A stretch of DNA of 64,000 nucleotides from a virus, in the IMG/VR virus record IMGVR_UViG_3300022939_001737, positions 22,001 through 86,000 of that record; one strand, 5' to 3'. A model generated the notes under the pieces. It was given only the letters and a program-made list of their open reading frames with translations, was not told the DNA's origin and did no database searches. The translations under genes were made by a program, and so were the position numbers. This document shows, in pieces, positions 56,548-64,000 of this stretch. Each line of letters opens with the position of its first letter. Within the stretch, counting starts at the first letter, position 1.

Positions 56548-59343
56548 TTATCCTAGTATAAGCACGTAAAGATCAAGCAAATCGTTAATGATAGCTTCGT
56601 CTACTCCTCCGCCTGCGCCTGTTGCAGATTGCCACGAAATTGTGTCATAAACTTCTAATTGGCCCGTGCTTGTGTTATAACGCATCATTCCGTCAGGGGG
56701 GTTAGCTGGTCGATCTATATCAGGTCCAGAAGGTATTACAAGTCCTTTTCCTCCACCGAACTTAATGTATCCGCTAGAATCTCCTCTGAGGATTTGAATA
56801 TCATTGGATGTATTAATAATATTGTTATTTTTTATAATAATATTGTCTATGATTAGAGATTCGTTTGTTACGCCTCTTTCTAAAATCAAATCAGTGTCAA
56901 TTGTGTTACTTGAAACAACGTTGCCGTCAAATAACACATCATCTACACCTAATCCGTGTATACTTACTTTGTCTACATCAATTGTTCCTATCTCAACATT
57001 GTCAACTGTAAGCACAACTGAATCGTTTGTAGGATGAACATCTACACTAGTTTCTCTATCTGAAGAATATATTCCGCTAAAACTTAAATTACCTGTAGAA
57101 AATCCTTCAAACAAATTTGAATCTGTATTGTATCTAATTTCGCCTTCAACATCATTTCTTTGAAGATTAGTACCTCTTGCAATTATTAAGGCAGGGTTGT
57201 TTGCTAAATCTAAATAGTCACTATTAGGTGAAAAAATTAAACCGTCGTTTGTAGTTGTAATAGTGTTTCCACTAATTCTTATATTTCCTGTTTCTATAAG
57301 TGTGCCATCTATGTAAGTTATATTGTCATTTTCTCCTATATAAAGAGCACTTACATCATCTAAATTTACAGACTCAAGATCAAAACTTGTAGTGCCGTCT
57401 TCAAAGTTTGCAAAAAAGGCATCACCTACTCTAAAGGTTCCAGATTGATCAGTTGTAACATAATGTATTTTTCCGTTATTAAGTTCAACTGTTTCTTGAT
57501 CTTGTAAAAAAAGACTTAAATCATTATCTACATTTTTTCCAGCGCCAATGTATCCAAAATTATGTCCTATTAGATACATTAGGGTATCTGCACCGTCTGC
57601 TTCGGCACCGTAATTTCCATATACATTTGCAGATCCTATTGATCTTAATTCTGCACCAAATCTAGAACCGTTACTGCCTAGTCCTAACAAACCTTGTGTT
57701 GCATATAATCCTCTATTTGCAAAGTATGTAAACGAATTTAACCATTCAACTCTAACACCGTTAGTCATTGTAATAGTATCAACGCCAGGTGTAATAAATG
57801 TTGCACTATGGAATAGCATACTACCTTCTAGCGTAGCACTGTCAAGTACACCTCCGTCGATATATGCTCCGCCTCCTGCATCTCCGCTTTCGAAAAATCT
57901 TGGATCTGGGTGTACTTCTTCAAAAAATTGACTGTAAGTAGCTTTGTCACTGAAATATAAAGCTTCTAATGCAGGTCTAAATTCATCGTATACCCACATA
58001 CCAGGACCGTAAGCATAAGTTCCGTCACCGTATCTTACAGCGTCTAACGCATCACCTGAACTTATTTCAGCAGCAAACGAAGCATAATAAGGTACAGTTG
58101 GATTTGTGGTAGTATTACTAATATCACCATATAAGTATCCTGATGGACTTTGTGTTGTAAAAAAGTCTACTAACGGTCCTGTAGTAATGTTAGCAGCGAG
58201 TTGTAATATTTCATAAGATATAGCAGACCATTTTATAGGAGGTGCATATTCTGTGCCCTTTGTAATCACTGTTACATTTCTAATATACGGAGATCTTTCA
58301 GATATAACAGTTCCGTTTTGAAATACAAATGCATATCCTGGTGCATAAAAGTCTTTTATTGTAACATCTGCTATAGTTGTATTTTGTGTTAATTCAAAAG
58401 CATTGTTAGTATTTGTTGCAGTTGTTGGTTTTATTATAGTGTTTCTTAAATCTTCTCCACGTATTGTAACATTTTCTGGTACAACTAATGGAAATGTTTC
58501 CTCATATTCACCTGGATAAATGTGTATTGTTACCGGACCGCCGGCACTAGAATCTGATACGCTGAGTGCGTGTGATATTGTTCTAAAAGGCCCGTGTTGA
58601 TGATCACCGACATTTGTATCGTCGCCGTTTACAGAAACATAAAAAATATTTCCTTGTCTACGACTTAATGAAGTATCCTGGATAAAGACTGTATCAACTT
58701 CTACTCTTTCTCCGTTGAGTAAATTACTATAAATGTTTAGCCATTTTTTATTTTGTCTTCCTAAATCACTTGTATCAGTAACATCTGGTATTATGTTGCT
58801 GTTAACATCAGCAGCAAAAGTCACATCATCTTGATCATCACTACCGAATACAATGTCACCTGTAGTTTCTATATTTCCAGTTGCGTGTAAATTACCTGTA
58901 ATATTAAAATTACTTCTAATATTGACTGTACCGTTTCCGTCTGGTCTTAATTCTATATTAGAATCAGCAACTGTTGATCTAATAGTGTTGAAATCAAGTT
59001 TTAATCCATCTGTGGCAATACTTGTAGCAAATATATTACTACCACCACCTAAATTAATATCGCCTGCTGTTGTTGTTATTTGACTATTTTGTATTTCTAA
59101 ATCTGCAACATTAACAAAATTCGTTGTAAGATTATTTGCTCCAAGTGTATCATTTACTGTAAGGTCATCAACAGGTGCATCTGTACGTATACCTATTTTA
59201 CTGTTTACAACATCAAGATGTATAAGAGGAGTTCCGCCTGCTACATCAGCAGAAACATTTGCGAAATTTAAATTTACGCCTTGTCTTAATAAATTATCTT
59301 TGAGTACGCCACCGCCAATGCGGCCATTTTGTGGTTCAGGCAT
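56548..59343 (-). CDS. Fibre/baseplate protein (931 aa), paralog of the 983-aa protein
   Basis: GRIGG..LK.NL.R.GV.L.F, RQGNIFYV..NG.D...GDH, FITPGVD..T.TNG.RVEWLN.FTYFA and RYNT. Confidence 0.75.
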   Translation of the reverse strand: MPEPQNGRIGGGVLKDNLLRQGVNLNFANVSADVAGGTPLIHLDVVNSKIGIRTDAPVDDLTVNDTLGANNLTTNFVNVADLEIQNSQITTTAGDINLGGGSNIFATSIATDGLKLDFNTIRSTVADSNIELRPDGNGTVNIRSNFNITGNLHATGNIETTGDIVFGSDDQDDVTFAADVNSNIIPDVTDTSDLGRQNKKWLNIYSNLLNGERVEVDTVFIQDTSLSRRQGNIFYVSVNGDDTNVGDHQHGPFRTISHALSVSDSSAGGPVTIHIYPGEYEETFPLVVPENVTIRGEDLRNTIIKPTTATNTNNAFELTQNTTIADVTIKDFYAPGYAFVFQNGTVISERSPYIRNVTVITKGTEYAPPIKWSAISYEILQLAANITTGPLVDFFTTQSPSGYLYGDISNTTTNPTVPYYASFAAEISSGDALDAVRYGDGTYAYGPGMWVYDEFRPALEALYFSDKATYSQFFEEVHPDPRFFESGDAGGGAYIDGGVLDSATLEGSMLFHSATFITPGVDTITMTNGVRVEWLNSFTYFANRGLYATQGLLGLGSNGSRFGAELRSIGSANVYGNYGAEADGADTLMYLIGHNFGYIGAGKNVDNDLSLFLQDQETVELNNGKIHYVTTDQSGTFRVGDAFFANFEDGTTSFDLESVNLDDVSALYIGENDNITYIDGTLIETGNIRISGNTITTTNDGLIFSPNSDYLDLANNPALIIARGTNLQRNDVEGEIRYNTDSNLFEGFSTGNLSFSGIYSSDRETSVDVHPTNDSVVLTVDNVEIGTIDVDKVSIHGLGVDDVLFDGNVVSSNTIDTDLILERGVTNESLIIDNIIIKNNNIINTSNDIQILRGDSSGYIKFGGGKGLVIPSGPDIDRPANPPDGMMRYNTSTGQLEVYDTISWQSATGAGGGVDEAIINDLLDLYVLILG

Positions 59344-59367
59344 TATTCACTCCCTCTGACAATGTAT

Positions 59368-59925
59368 TTATTTGTCAAAGTTATGAATAACGGTTACAGG
59401 TTTTCCTAAAGGCACAGCAGAGTTAAAAACAATATACCATCCTGCTGCATAAGGTGGATTAGGACCAATACTTGGTACGTTTGTTCCGTCACTTTGTTCA
59501 AGTGTGTAGTTAGTGGTTGAAATTTGTAAAACGTTTTCTATCAGCACCAGTACGTTTTGAGCTGCTGCTGGCACTGGATAAACAGTGTCTCCGCTATCTA
59601 ATGGACCAAACACTGTTTCTGTTGCATCTCCTACACCTAAATTTTGTTGTGTAATACCAGGATTTTGATAAGGTTCTTTGAATCGAATATTGCGCCAAGC
59701 ACCGTTTTGGTAAGCTTCTAATTCATTAGATGTAGTATTATATCTAATCTGTCCATCTACTGAGCCAGTTGCTATACCTACTTCGCCTGGTCTTTGTGCT
59801 TCAACACCTTTAGGTACTAACATTGCACGTTCGCTGTCTGCAATAATCTGACTGTCAATGTCGTATATTACACCTGCACCTGAAGGATTTCTTACATTTG
59901 TTGTTTGACGCTTAATTAATCTCAT
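59368..59925 (-). CDS. Virion fibre-associated protein
   Basis: VPKG...QRP, GQIRYNT....E.Y, and V.IENV.Q....Y.L...F...VP.GK.VTV. Confidence 0.6.
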   Translation of the reverse strand: MRLIKRQTTNVRNPSGAGVIYDIDSQIIADSERAMLVPKGVEAQRPGEVGIATGSVDGQIRYNTTSNELEAYQNGAWRNIRFKEPYQNPGITQQNLGVGDATETVFGPLDSGDTVYPVPAAAQNVLVLIENVLQISTTNYTLEQSDGTNVPSIGPNPPYAAGWYIVFNSAVPLGKPVTVIHNFDK

Positions 59926-60264
59926 TTAAACTTCCAAGTAACTGATTGTAGCTGCAAGGTCAGTAACGTTATTTGGATTACCGTTTCCTGGTTGTGCTAC
60001 AAATGTAATTTTATCTCCTGCTTCTAAAACAATTTTTTCTGTATCAAAAGTAAAGGTTTCTGCTCCAGGTAAATTTAAATTGTTTATAACTCGTGTTACT
60101 GAGTTATCTAATGCGCTGCCGCTTGGTATTAGATGCATATCGAATTGTGCATCAGAACTACCATTATTACAAATTAATATATTAGTTACAGCGTAAGATT
60201 TACCTCCTGGAACTAACACTCCGTCAATCTGTGTTGTTGTTAATTGTGTGTTAATTATTGCCAT
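59926..60264 (-). CDS. Small beta-sandwich virion protein
   Basis: YAVT.I.ICN, ETF.FD.EK.VL..GD and ATISYLEV. Confidence 0.6.
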   Translation of the reverse strand: MAIINTQLTTTQIDGVLVPGGKSYAVTNILICNNGSSDAQFDMHLIPSGSALDNSVTRVINNLNLPGAETFTFDTEKIVLEAGDKITFVAQPGNGNPNNVTDLAATISYLEV

Positions 60265-60273
60265 TTTTTATTC

Positions 60274-61323
60274 CTAAAATAACATTGAAAATAACAATGC
60301 TCTGTTTTTACTTACCAGTTCGTCTCTATTACTTTCGTCATTAACGAAGAATATACCTGATTTACCTGTAGATTGATTGCTAACGTATAATTTCGAACCA
60401 TCTGCAGGTTGCGAAGGCTGCATAGTAACGTCATCTATTCCAGGCACACTGTTTAAATGTAAAGTATCATCTATTCTTACGCTACCAACCCCTGGTGCAG
60501 ATAAAATTAGATCTTCGTTACTAGAAATAGTTTCGATTTGTGTTCCTACAATTCTAACTTCATCTAGTTCCCATCTATCCTTATACACTCTTGAAACAAC
60601 ATCAGAATCGATACTAAATGTAATTACGCTGTCGTCTCCTGTAGTTTCTTGGTCACGTATAACAATACTAGATGGTGTGATTGTACCGTCACCGATTTGA
60701 CTTAGGAATACATTTGCAAAGTTATATGCTACATAATCAACAACTGCCTGCGCATTAGGTAAAGCATCAGGTGCAATTACAGTTCCTGTTAGTGTATCTG
60801 TGTTGTCATATTCAAATACACATTTTTCATAATCGGTTATACCTGTAACTGATACTACTGGACCTCCATTACTATTGCCTAGGCCATCTGTTGTTGGTAC
60901 ACCGCTACTTATAAGGTACAAGTCGCCGCCGCCGGTAGTAATGCTATTTGTTCTTATACCAATTAAACCTTCGTTTTCATCCTTAAAAACAAACGATCCT
61001 TGTCTACCACCTGGATTCAACCAAGCTAAATCTTCATCAAAACCAAAAAATACATCAGGAAATGTACCTCTTTCAATTTCAAGACCAGAAAATCCATCAG
61101 GACCTTGAATACCAGCTCCGCCTTCGTCGCCTGTATTAAGATGAATAACTCTATCTTCGATATTTAAATCAGTTGTATTAATTGTAGTTGTTTCACCTTG
61201 GACAACTAAGTCACCTGTGATATAAACTTCGCCAACATTTAATCCTGTATCCAAAGTTATTCTATTACCGTCTTGAACAGTAATTTTATAATTTCCTTTA
61301 GGTACATTTACATACTTTGACAT
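60274..61323 (-). CDS. Virion structural protein
   Basis: ITGDL.V.G.TTT.....L.IED..I.LN.G...G.EI.RG fibre motif; C-terminal ELVSK..AL.FSM.F. Confidence 0.65.
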   Translation of the reverse strand: MSKYVNVPKGNYKITVQDGNRITLDTGLNVGEVYITGDLVVQGETTTINTTDLNIEDRVIHLNTGDEGGAGIQGPDGFSGLEIERGTFPDVFFGFDEDLAWLNPGGRQGSFVFKDENEGLIGIRTNSITTGGGDLYLISSGVPTTDGLGNSNGGPVVSVTGITDYEKCVFEYDNTDTLTGTVIAPDALPNAQAVVDYVAYNFANVFLSQIGDGTITPSSIVIRDQETTGDDSVITFSIDSDVVSRVYKDRWELDEVRIVGTQIETISSNEDLILSAPGVGSVRIDDTLHLNSVPGIDDVTMQPSQPADGSKLYVSNQSTGKSGIFFVNDESNRDELVSKNRALLFSMLF

Positions 61324-61343
61324 TCTTGATTCCCAGTAATAAT

Positions 61344-61363
61344 GTGGGGGATTGCTCCCCCAC
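61344..61363. other. GNRA-capped hairpin
   Basis: GTGGGGGA/TCCCCCAC stem with a GCAA loop on the minus strand. Confidence 0.55.
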
Positions 61364-61372
61364 TACACGTTA

Positions 61373-61813
61373 TTAGCCGTCGCCTTCAGTATCGTCAGCA
61401 CCTGTTAGTACGTCATCATCTGTACCTAGTGTTGCGTCAGCACCTGCGCCTACACCTGTACCAGCTTCTTCAACTGCTACTGTATCGCCTGTACCTGTAA
61501 AGTCCCAAGTAGTAACAGAACCGTTGTCCATTGTTACTTTGCGTCCTGAAATTTTAGTAACTTGACGTGCTGTTCCGCCGTCGTCAACAACAATTGACAT
61601 TTCACCTTCTAGCAAATCAGCCGATGCTTTATCAACTAATGTGCATAGGCCTGTATCTGTGCCGCCTGCATTTGAAACATTAAAACGCTTTGAACCTTTT
61701 TGATTTACAATGTAGCCCGGTGTAGAACCGTTGCCTGCATTAAATTGAACTTTAATTTCGTTGCCACCTGCTGTAGGTGCTCCGAAGTATCTTTTGTTAA
61801 GTGGTCTTCCCAT
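61373..61813 (-). CDS. Hypothetical virion protein (MGRPLNK...)
   Basis: Start at ATG 61813 with an AGGAG SD. GYIV.QKG..RF.V and V.KIS motifs. Confidence 0.65.
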   Translation of the reverse strand: MGRPLNKRYFGAPTAGGNEIKVQFNAGNGSTPGYIVNQKGSKRFNVSNAGGTDTGLCTLVDKASADLLEGEMSIVVDDGGTARQVTKISGRKVTMDNGSVTTWDFTGTGDTVAVEEAGTGVGAGADATLGTDDDVLTGADDTEGDG

Positions 61814-61914
61814 TTGTTTTCTCCTATTTAGAAGTCCGATGCGGGTTCTATCCGCTACGCTGTTGGGACAGCATAAGTCCGCCTTGCGGCACACTATCTG
61901 ACACAAGTATTTAT
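61814..61914 (-). promoter_or_regulatory. Late promoter plus ~90-nt structured 5' leader
   Basis: ATAAATA at 61908-61914; three consecutive hairpins and a duplicated GGACTT. Confidence 0.55.
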
Positions 61915-61923
61915 CAAATAAAG

Positions 61924-61956
61924 AAAAAGCCCGACACACTAATGCATCGGGCTTTT
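61924..61956 (-). terminator. Intrinsic terminator of the ncRNA unit
   Basis: AAAAGCCCGA...TCGGGCTTTT stem; T-run follows on the minus strand. Confidence 0.75.
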
Positions 61957-61959
61957 ATT

Positions 61960-62168
61960 AAAGGGTGGGTGAAGGACTTGGGTTTACCTCCAACTAAGCG
62001 CCTAGATACCTGTCTATGTTACGCCTAGAACCTCAGTTCTGCTTAGTATCGCAGTGTGCGTACTGCTTGTCTCCAAACTCTACGCCGGGCACTACCCCTA
62101 ACCAAGTGCGCTTATCTCCTCTAGATCGGAAATTATTAGCGCCAACCCGTATAACAACGTCTTGTTAT
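61960..62168 (-). ncRNA. Stand-alone structured ncRNA, manA-RNA-like
   Basis: GC-rich ~200 nt with no credible ORF, between a sigma70 promoter and a terminator. Segments TTAGGGGT...CCGGCG and AGTTGGAGGT...AGTCCT resemble, from memory, manA-motif RNAs of marine phages. Confidence 0.55.
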
Positions 62169-62174
62169 ATTATT

Positions 62175-62202
62175 AATATAACATCATTAAAACAAATGTC
62201 AA
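62175..62202 (-). promoter_or_regulatory. Sigma70-type promoter for the ncRNA
   Basis: TTGACA-16 nt-TATATT with an extended -10 TGn. Confidence 0.6.
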
Positions 62203-62220
62203 CCACTTTTTTATGTTTTT

Positions 62221-62763
62221 TTAAATTTTTCTTCTTCTAATATCTAATGCCCGACTTGCACGATACATTTCTATACTTACTTTGTTTGATTGATTGCCTC
62301 CTAGTATCAAATAATATTTTATATTATCTTTTACATATGTTTGCAAATAAAATCCTACGTGACCTTGCCAGCCTTTATCGCCTCTTGGAAATACAACCAA
62401 ATCTCCTGGTTGAATATCTTCTTCGGATACTTTGTCACCCCAAGTTAAAAAGGAACGTGCCATTAGAGGTACATCACTAATACTTTCACTTCCGGGTATT
62501 CCGCTTTCGTGCAGTACACTATTAACAAAAGCTGCACACCATTCTGTACGTACAGGATCAACACCTGTATAGCTGCGTAGTTCTTGTCTGTCTGTACTTT
62601 CGTGAAGTCCGTAATAGTTATAAGCAGTAAGTGCAGGATTGTCTGCACTTATTTGTATAGGAACTTCTCCTCTAACAGCAGGTATTGGAACTGATTGTAC
62701 ACATCCTGTAAAAACAAATAATCCTATAAAAATTAATATGTAGTGTTTCATAAAATCTTTCAT
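62221..62763 (-). CDS. TIGR02594-like (CHAP/NlpC-P60 fold) peptidase with lipoprotein-like signal
   Basis: WCAAFVN.VL...G, ARSFL.WG, GD.VVF.RG, GHVGF and LGGNQ; hydrophobic N-terminus ending FTGC. Confidence 0.8.
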   Translation of the reverse strand: MKDFMKHYILIFIGLFVFTGCVQSVPIPAVRGEVPIQISADNPALTAYNYYGLHESTDRQELRSYTGVDPVRTEWCAAFVNSVLHESGIPGSESISDVPLMARSFLTWGDKVSEEDIQPGDLVVFPRGDKGWQGHVGFYLQTYVKDNIKYYLILGGNQSNKVSIEMYRASRALDIRRRKI

Positions 62764-62774
62764 TTGTGTGAGTC

Positions 62775-62803
62775 AAAAAAATAGGGCGTTGCCGCCCTAT
62801 TTT
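62775..62803 (-). terminator. Intrinsic terminator after major capsid gene
   Basis: AAAATAGGGCG-GCAA-CGCCCTATTTT followed by a T-run on the minus strand. Confidence 0.85.
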
Positions 62804-62826
62804 AATTTTTAACAAAGTACTTAGAC

Positions 62827-64000
62827 TTAGCTGAATGAAACGTTGTTGTTTGTAATATCAACTTTGCCTAGGTAGTCTGCTGCGTTACCTAGTGATGACG
62901 CAGTGTTGTTAAGCTCAACGTAGCCATAACGTGTCATAAATGATACTGTTGGCTCGAATGTGCCTGGATCTAGAACAACACCTGAGCTCATTAGTGGGAT
63001 ATATGGGCAATAGAACGCTGCTGCGTCTGATTCACTTGAACCCTTATAACCTACTAGTACTGCTGAGCCGTCACCAGCGTATGTGTTTACATACACTTTC
63101 ATTGCGTTGTTTAGTGTACCAACCATCTTAGTGTTAGTTGGAGCTTCGAATGCACCTTCTGTTGTACGAGCGAACGCAGAAGTAGTTGCTGACTGTAGAA
63201 TTGTTAGCGCGAATGGCGAAACAACTGCCCAGTTACCAGCACCACGTCTTGTACGCTGTGCAATCAAGTTTGACACTCTGTTGATTTGAACTGCAAGTGC
63301 TGCGTGTTCGTCACCAACAAATGTAGCTGTACCTGATACTGCTGCTTGATCATAAGTTTCACTTGCAGTGCCTGCTAGTGTACCTAGTGAAGCTAGGATC
63401 TCTTGATCGATTTCAGCGGTAATTTCTTGTGCTAGAGCAGCCATAATTTCTGCTTCAACATCGATACCGTGCTGTGATTGAGCATCCTGAGCTGCCTCAA
63501 ATGTCCAGCGAGCTGACAACTTACGTGTCTTAGCTTCAACTGTCTGCTTGAGGATCTGGATGCTTAGTTGATTACCAGCTTCACCTTCTAGTGCTGATGT
63601 TGAAGCTGCTTTGTCGTCAAGTGCACCTGAATATGCTTCAGCAATTTTGAATGGGCTTAGAGCTTCTTCGCCTGCTGTAGTATCAGTACCTGCAGTTGAG
63701 TTTACAGAGTCGCTGTAACGTACACGTAGAGTGTGGATCTGACCAACTGGACCAGTCATTGGTTGTACACCAACTAGTTCGTTTGCAATAACTGTTGGCA
63801 TTACACGTCTGATTACTGGAAGAATCACACGGTTTAGTGTCGCAACGTTACCAGCTGAAGTTGCGCCTGCAGTTGCAGTCTCAGCCAAATACTTGCGAGT
63901 GTTTTCTAGCGTAGCAGCCATAACAGACTTCTTGTTGCCTTGCAAGCCTTCAAGAAGAGCAGTTTTGGTGTCCTGCCAGCGGCTTTCTAATAGTTCTGAC
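62827..64000 (-). CDS. Major capsid protein (gp23-like); start codon straddles the window edge
   Basis: RRVMP..IA.ELVGVQPM.GP.G.I, V.AK.RKL.A.WT.E.AQD..HG.D.E.E, EID.EI, FYCPYIPL and F.TRYG. The frame stays open to the window end (…SELLESRW). Confidence 0.96.
   Translation of the reverse strand, partial: SELLESRWQDTKTALLEGLQGNKKSVMAATLENTRKYLAETATAGATSAGNVATLNRVILPVIRRVMPTVIANELVGVQPMTGPVGQIHTLRVRYSDSVNSTAGTDTTAGEEALSPFKIAEAYSGALDDKAASTSALEGEAGNQLSIQILKQTVEAKTRKLSARWTFEAAQDAQSQHGIDVEAEIMAALAQEITAEIDQEILASLGTLAGTASETYDQAAVSGTATFVGDEHAALAVQINRVSNLIAQRTRRGAGNWAVVSPFALTILQSATTSAFARTTEGAFEAPTNTKMVGTLNNAMKVYVNTYAGDGSAVLVGYKGSSESDAAAFYCPYIPLMSSGVVLDPGTFEPTVSFMTRYGYVELNNTASSLGNAADYLGKVDITNNNVSFS

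Noticed and set aside
61814-61905. HDV-like/theta ribozyme in the MGRPLNK leader
   Set aside because: There is no room for the P3/L3 element in the required nested order.
61960-62168. tRNA or tmRNA interpretation of the GC-rich RNA (3' ...CACCCACC)
   Set aside because: No GTTC(G/A)A T-loop, no clean acceptor stem or cloverleaf, and no tag reading frame that I could identify.
6217-63289. Numerous 60-180 aa ORFs antisense to or in alternate frames of the long genes (e.g. 17109-18119, 32746-33648, 55734-56279)
   Set aside because: They are shadow ORFs of well-supported genes, with biased composition (Ser/Pro/Val-rich), no SD or promoter, and no recognisable motifs.
9580-63945. ORF-track starts at 10677, 18769, 20575, 20517, 42090, 61939 and 63945
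   Set aside because: Better starts supported by SD, promoter or family N-termini were used instead (10635, 18751, 20494, 20538, 42036, 61813); the capsid gene extends to the window edge.
1-64000. Alternative genetic code (stop-codon reassignment)
   Set aside because: Core genes are full length with standard stops and dense packing, so no recoding is needed.

Overview
This window is part of a large, AT-rich, T4-like (contractile-tail) bacteriophage genome. It most resembles uncultured aquatic large myophages, and the host cannot be determined from this window. Most genes lie on the minus strand. From left to right it contains: a glycan-tailoring island (sulfotransferase, FkbM methyltransferase, glycosyltransferases); UvsY/UvsX/gp32; large terminase flanked by probable internal head proteins; an inserted nucleotidyltransferase; gp4, tail tube and tail sheath; HNH; dNMP kinase; gp13/14/15; NUDIX; and a four-gene ADP-heptose operon. 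A ~35 kb fibre/receptor-binding cluster follows, with a GT9/SGNH/carbamoyltransferase operon, three very Cys/Gly-rich paralogs and four paralogous beta-helix giants. The window ends with a promoter- and terminator-bounded ~200-nt structured RNA, a lipoprotein peptidase and the major capsid protein, whose start codon is cut by the window edge. The most notable observations are: (1) three phycobiliprotein-like 'KCxRD' domains retaining the bilin-attachment Cys/Arg/Asp inside virion fibre proteins; (2) a split ADP-heptose donor plus GT9/carbamoyltransferase system embedded in the fibre cluster; (3) systematic promoter-to-ATG spacing implying leaderless mRNAs; (4) a stand-alone manA-like ncRNA and two highly structured late-gene leaders. 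All family assignments come from motif recognition by eye; no database searches were run.
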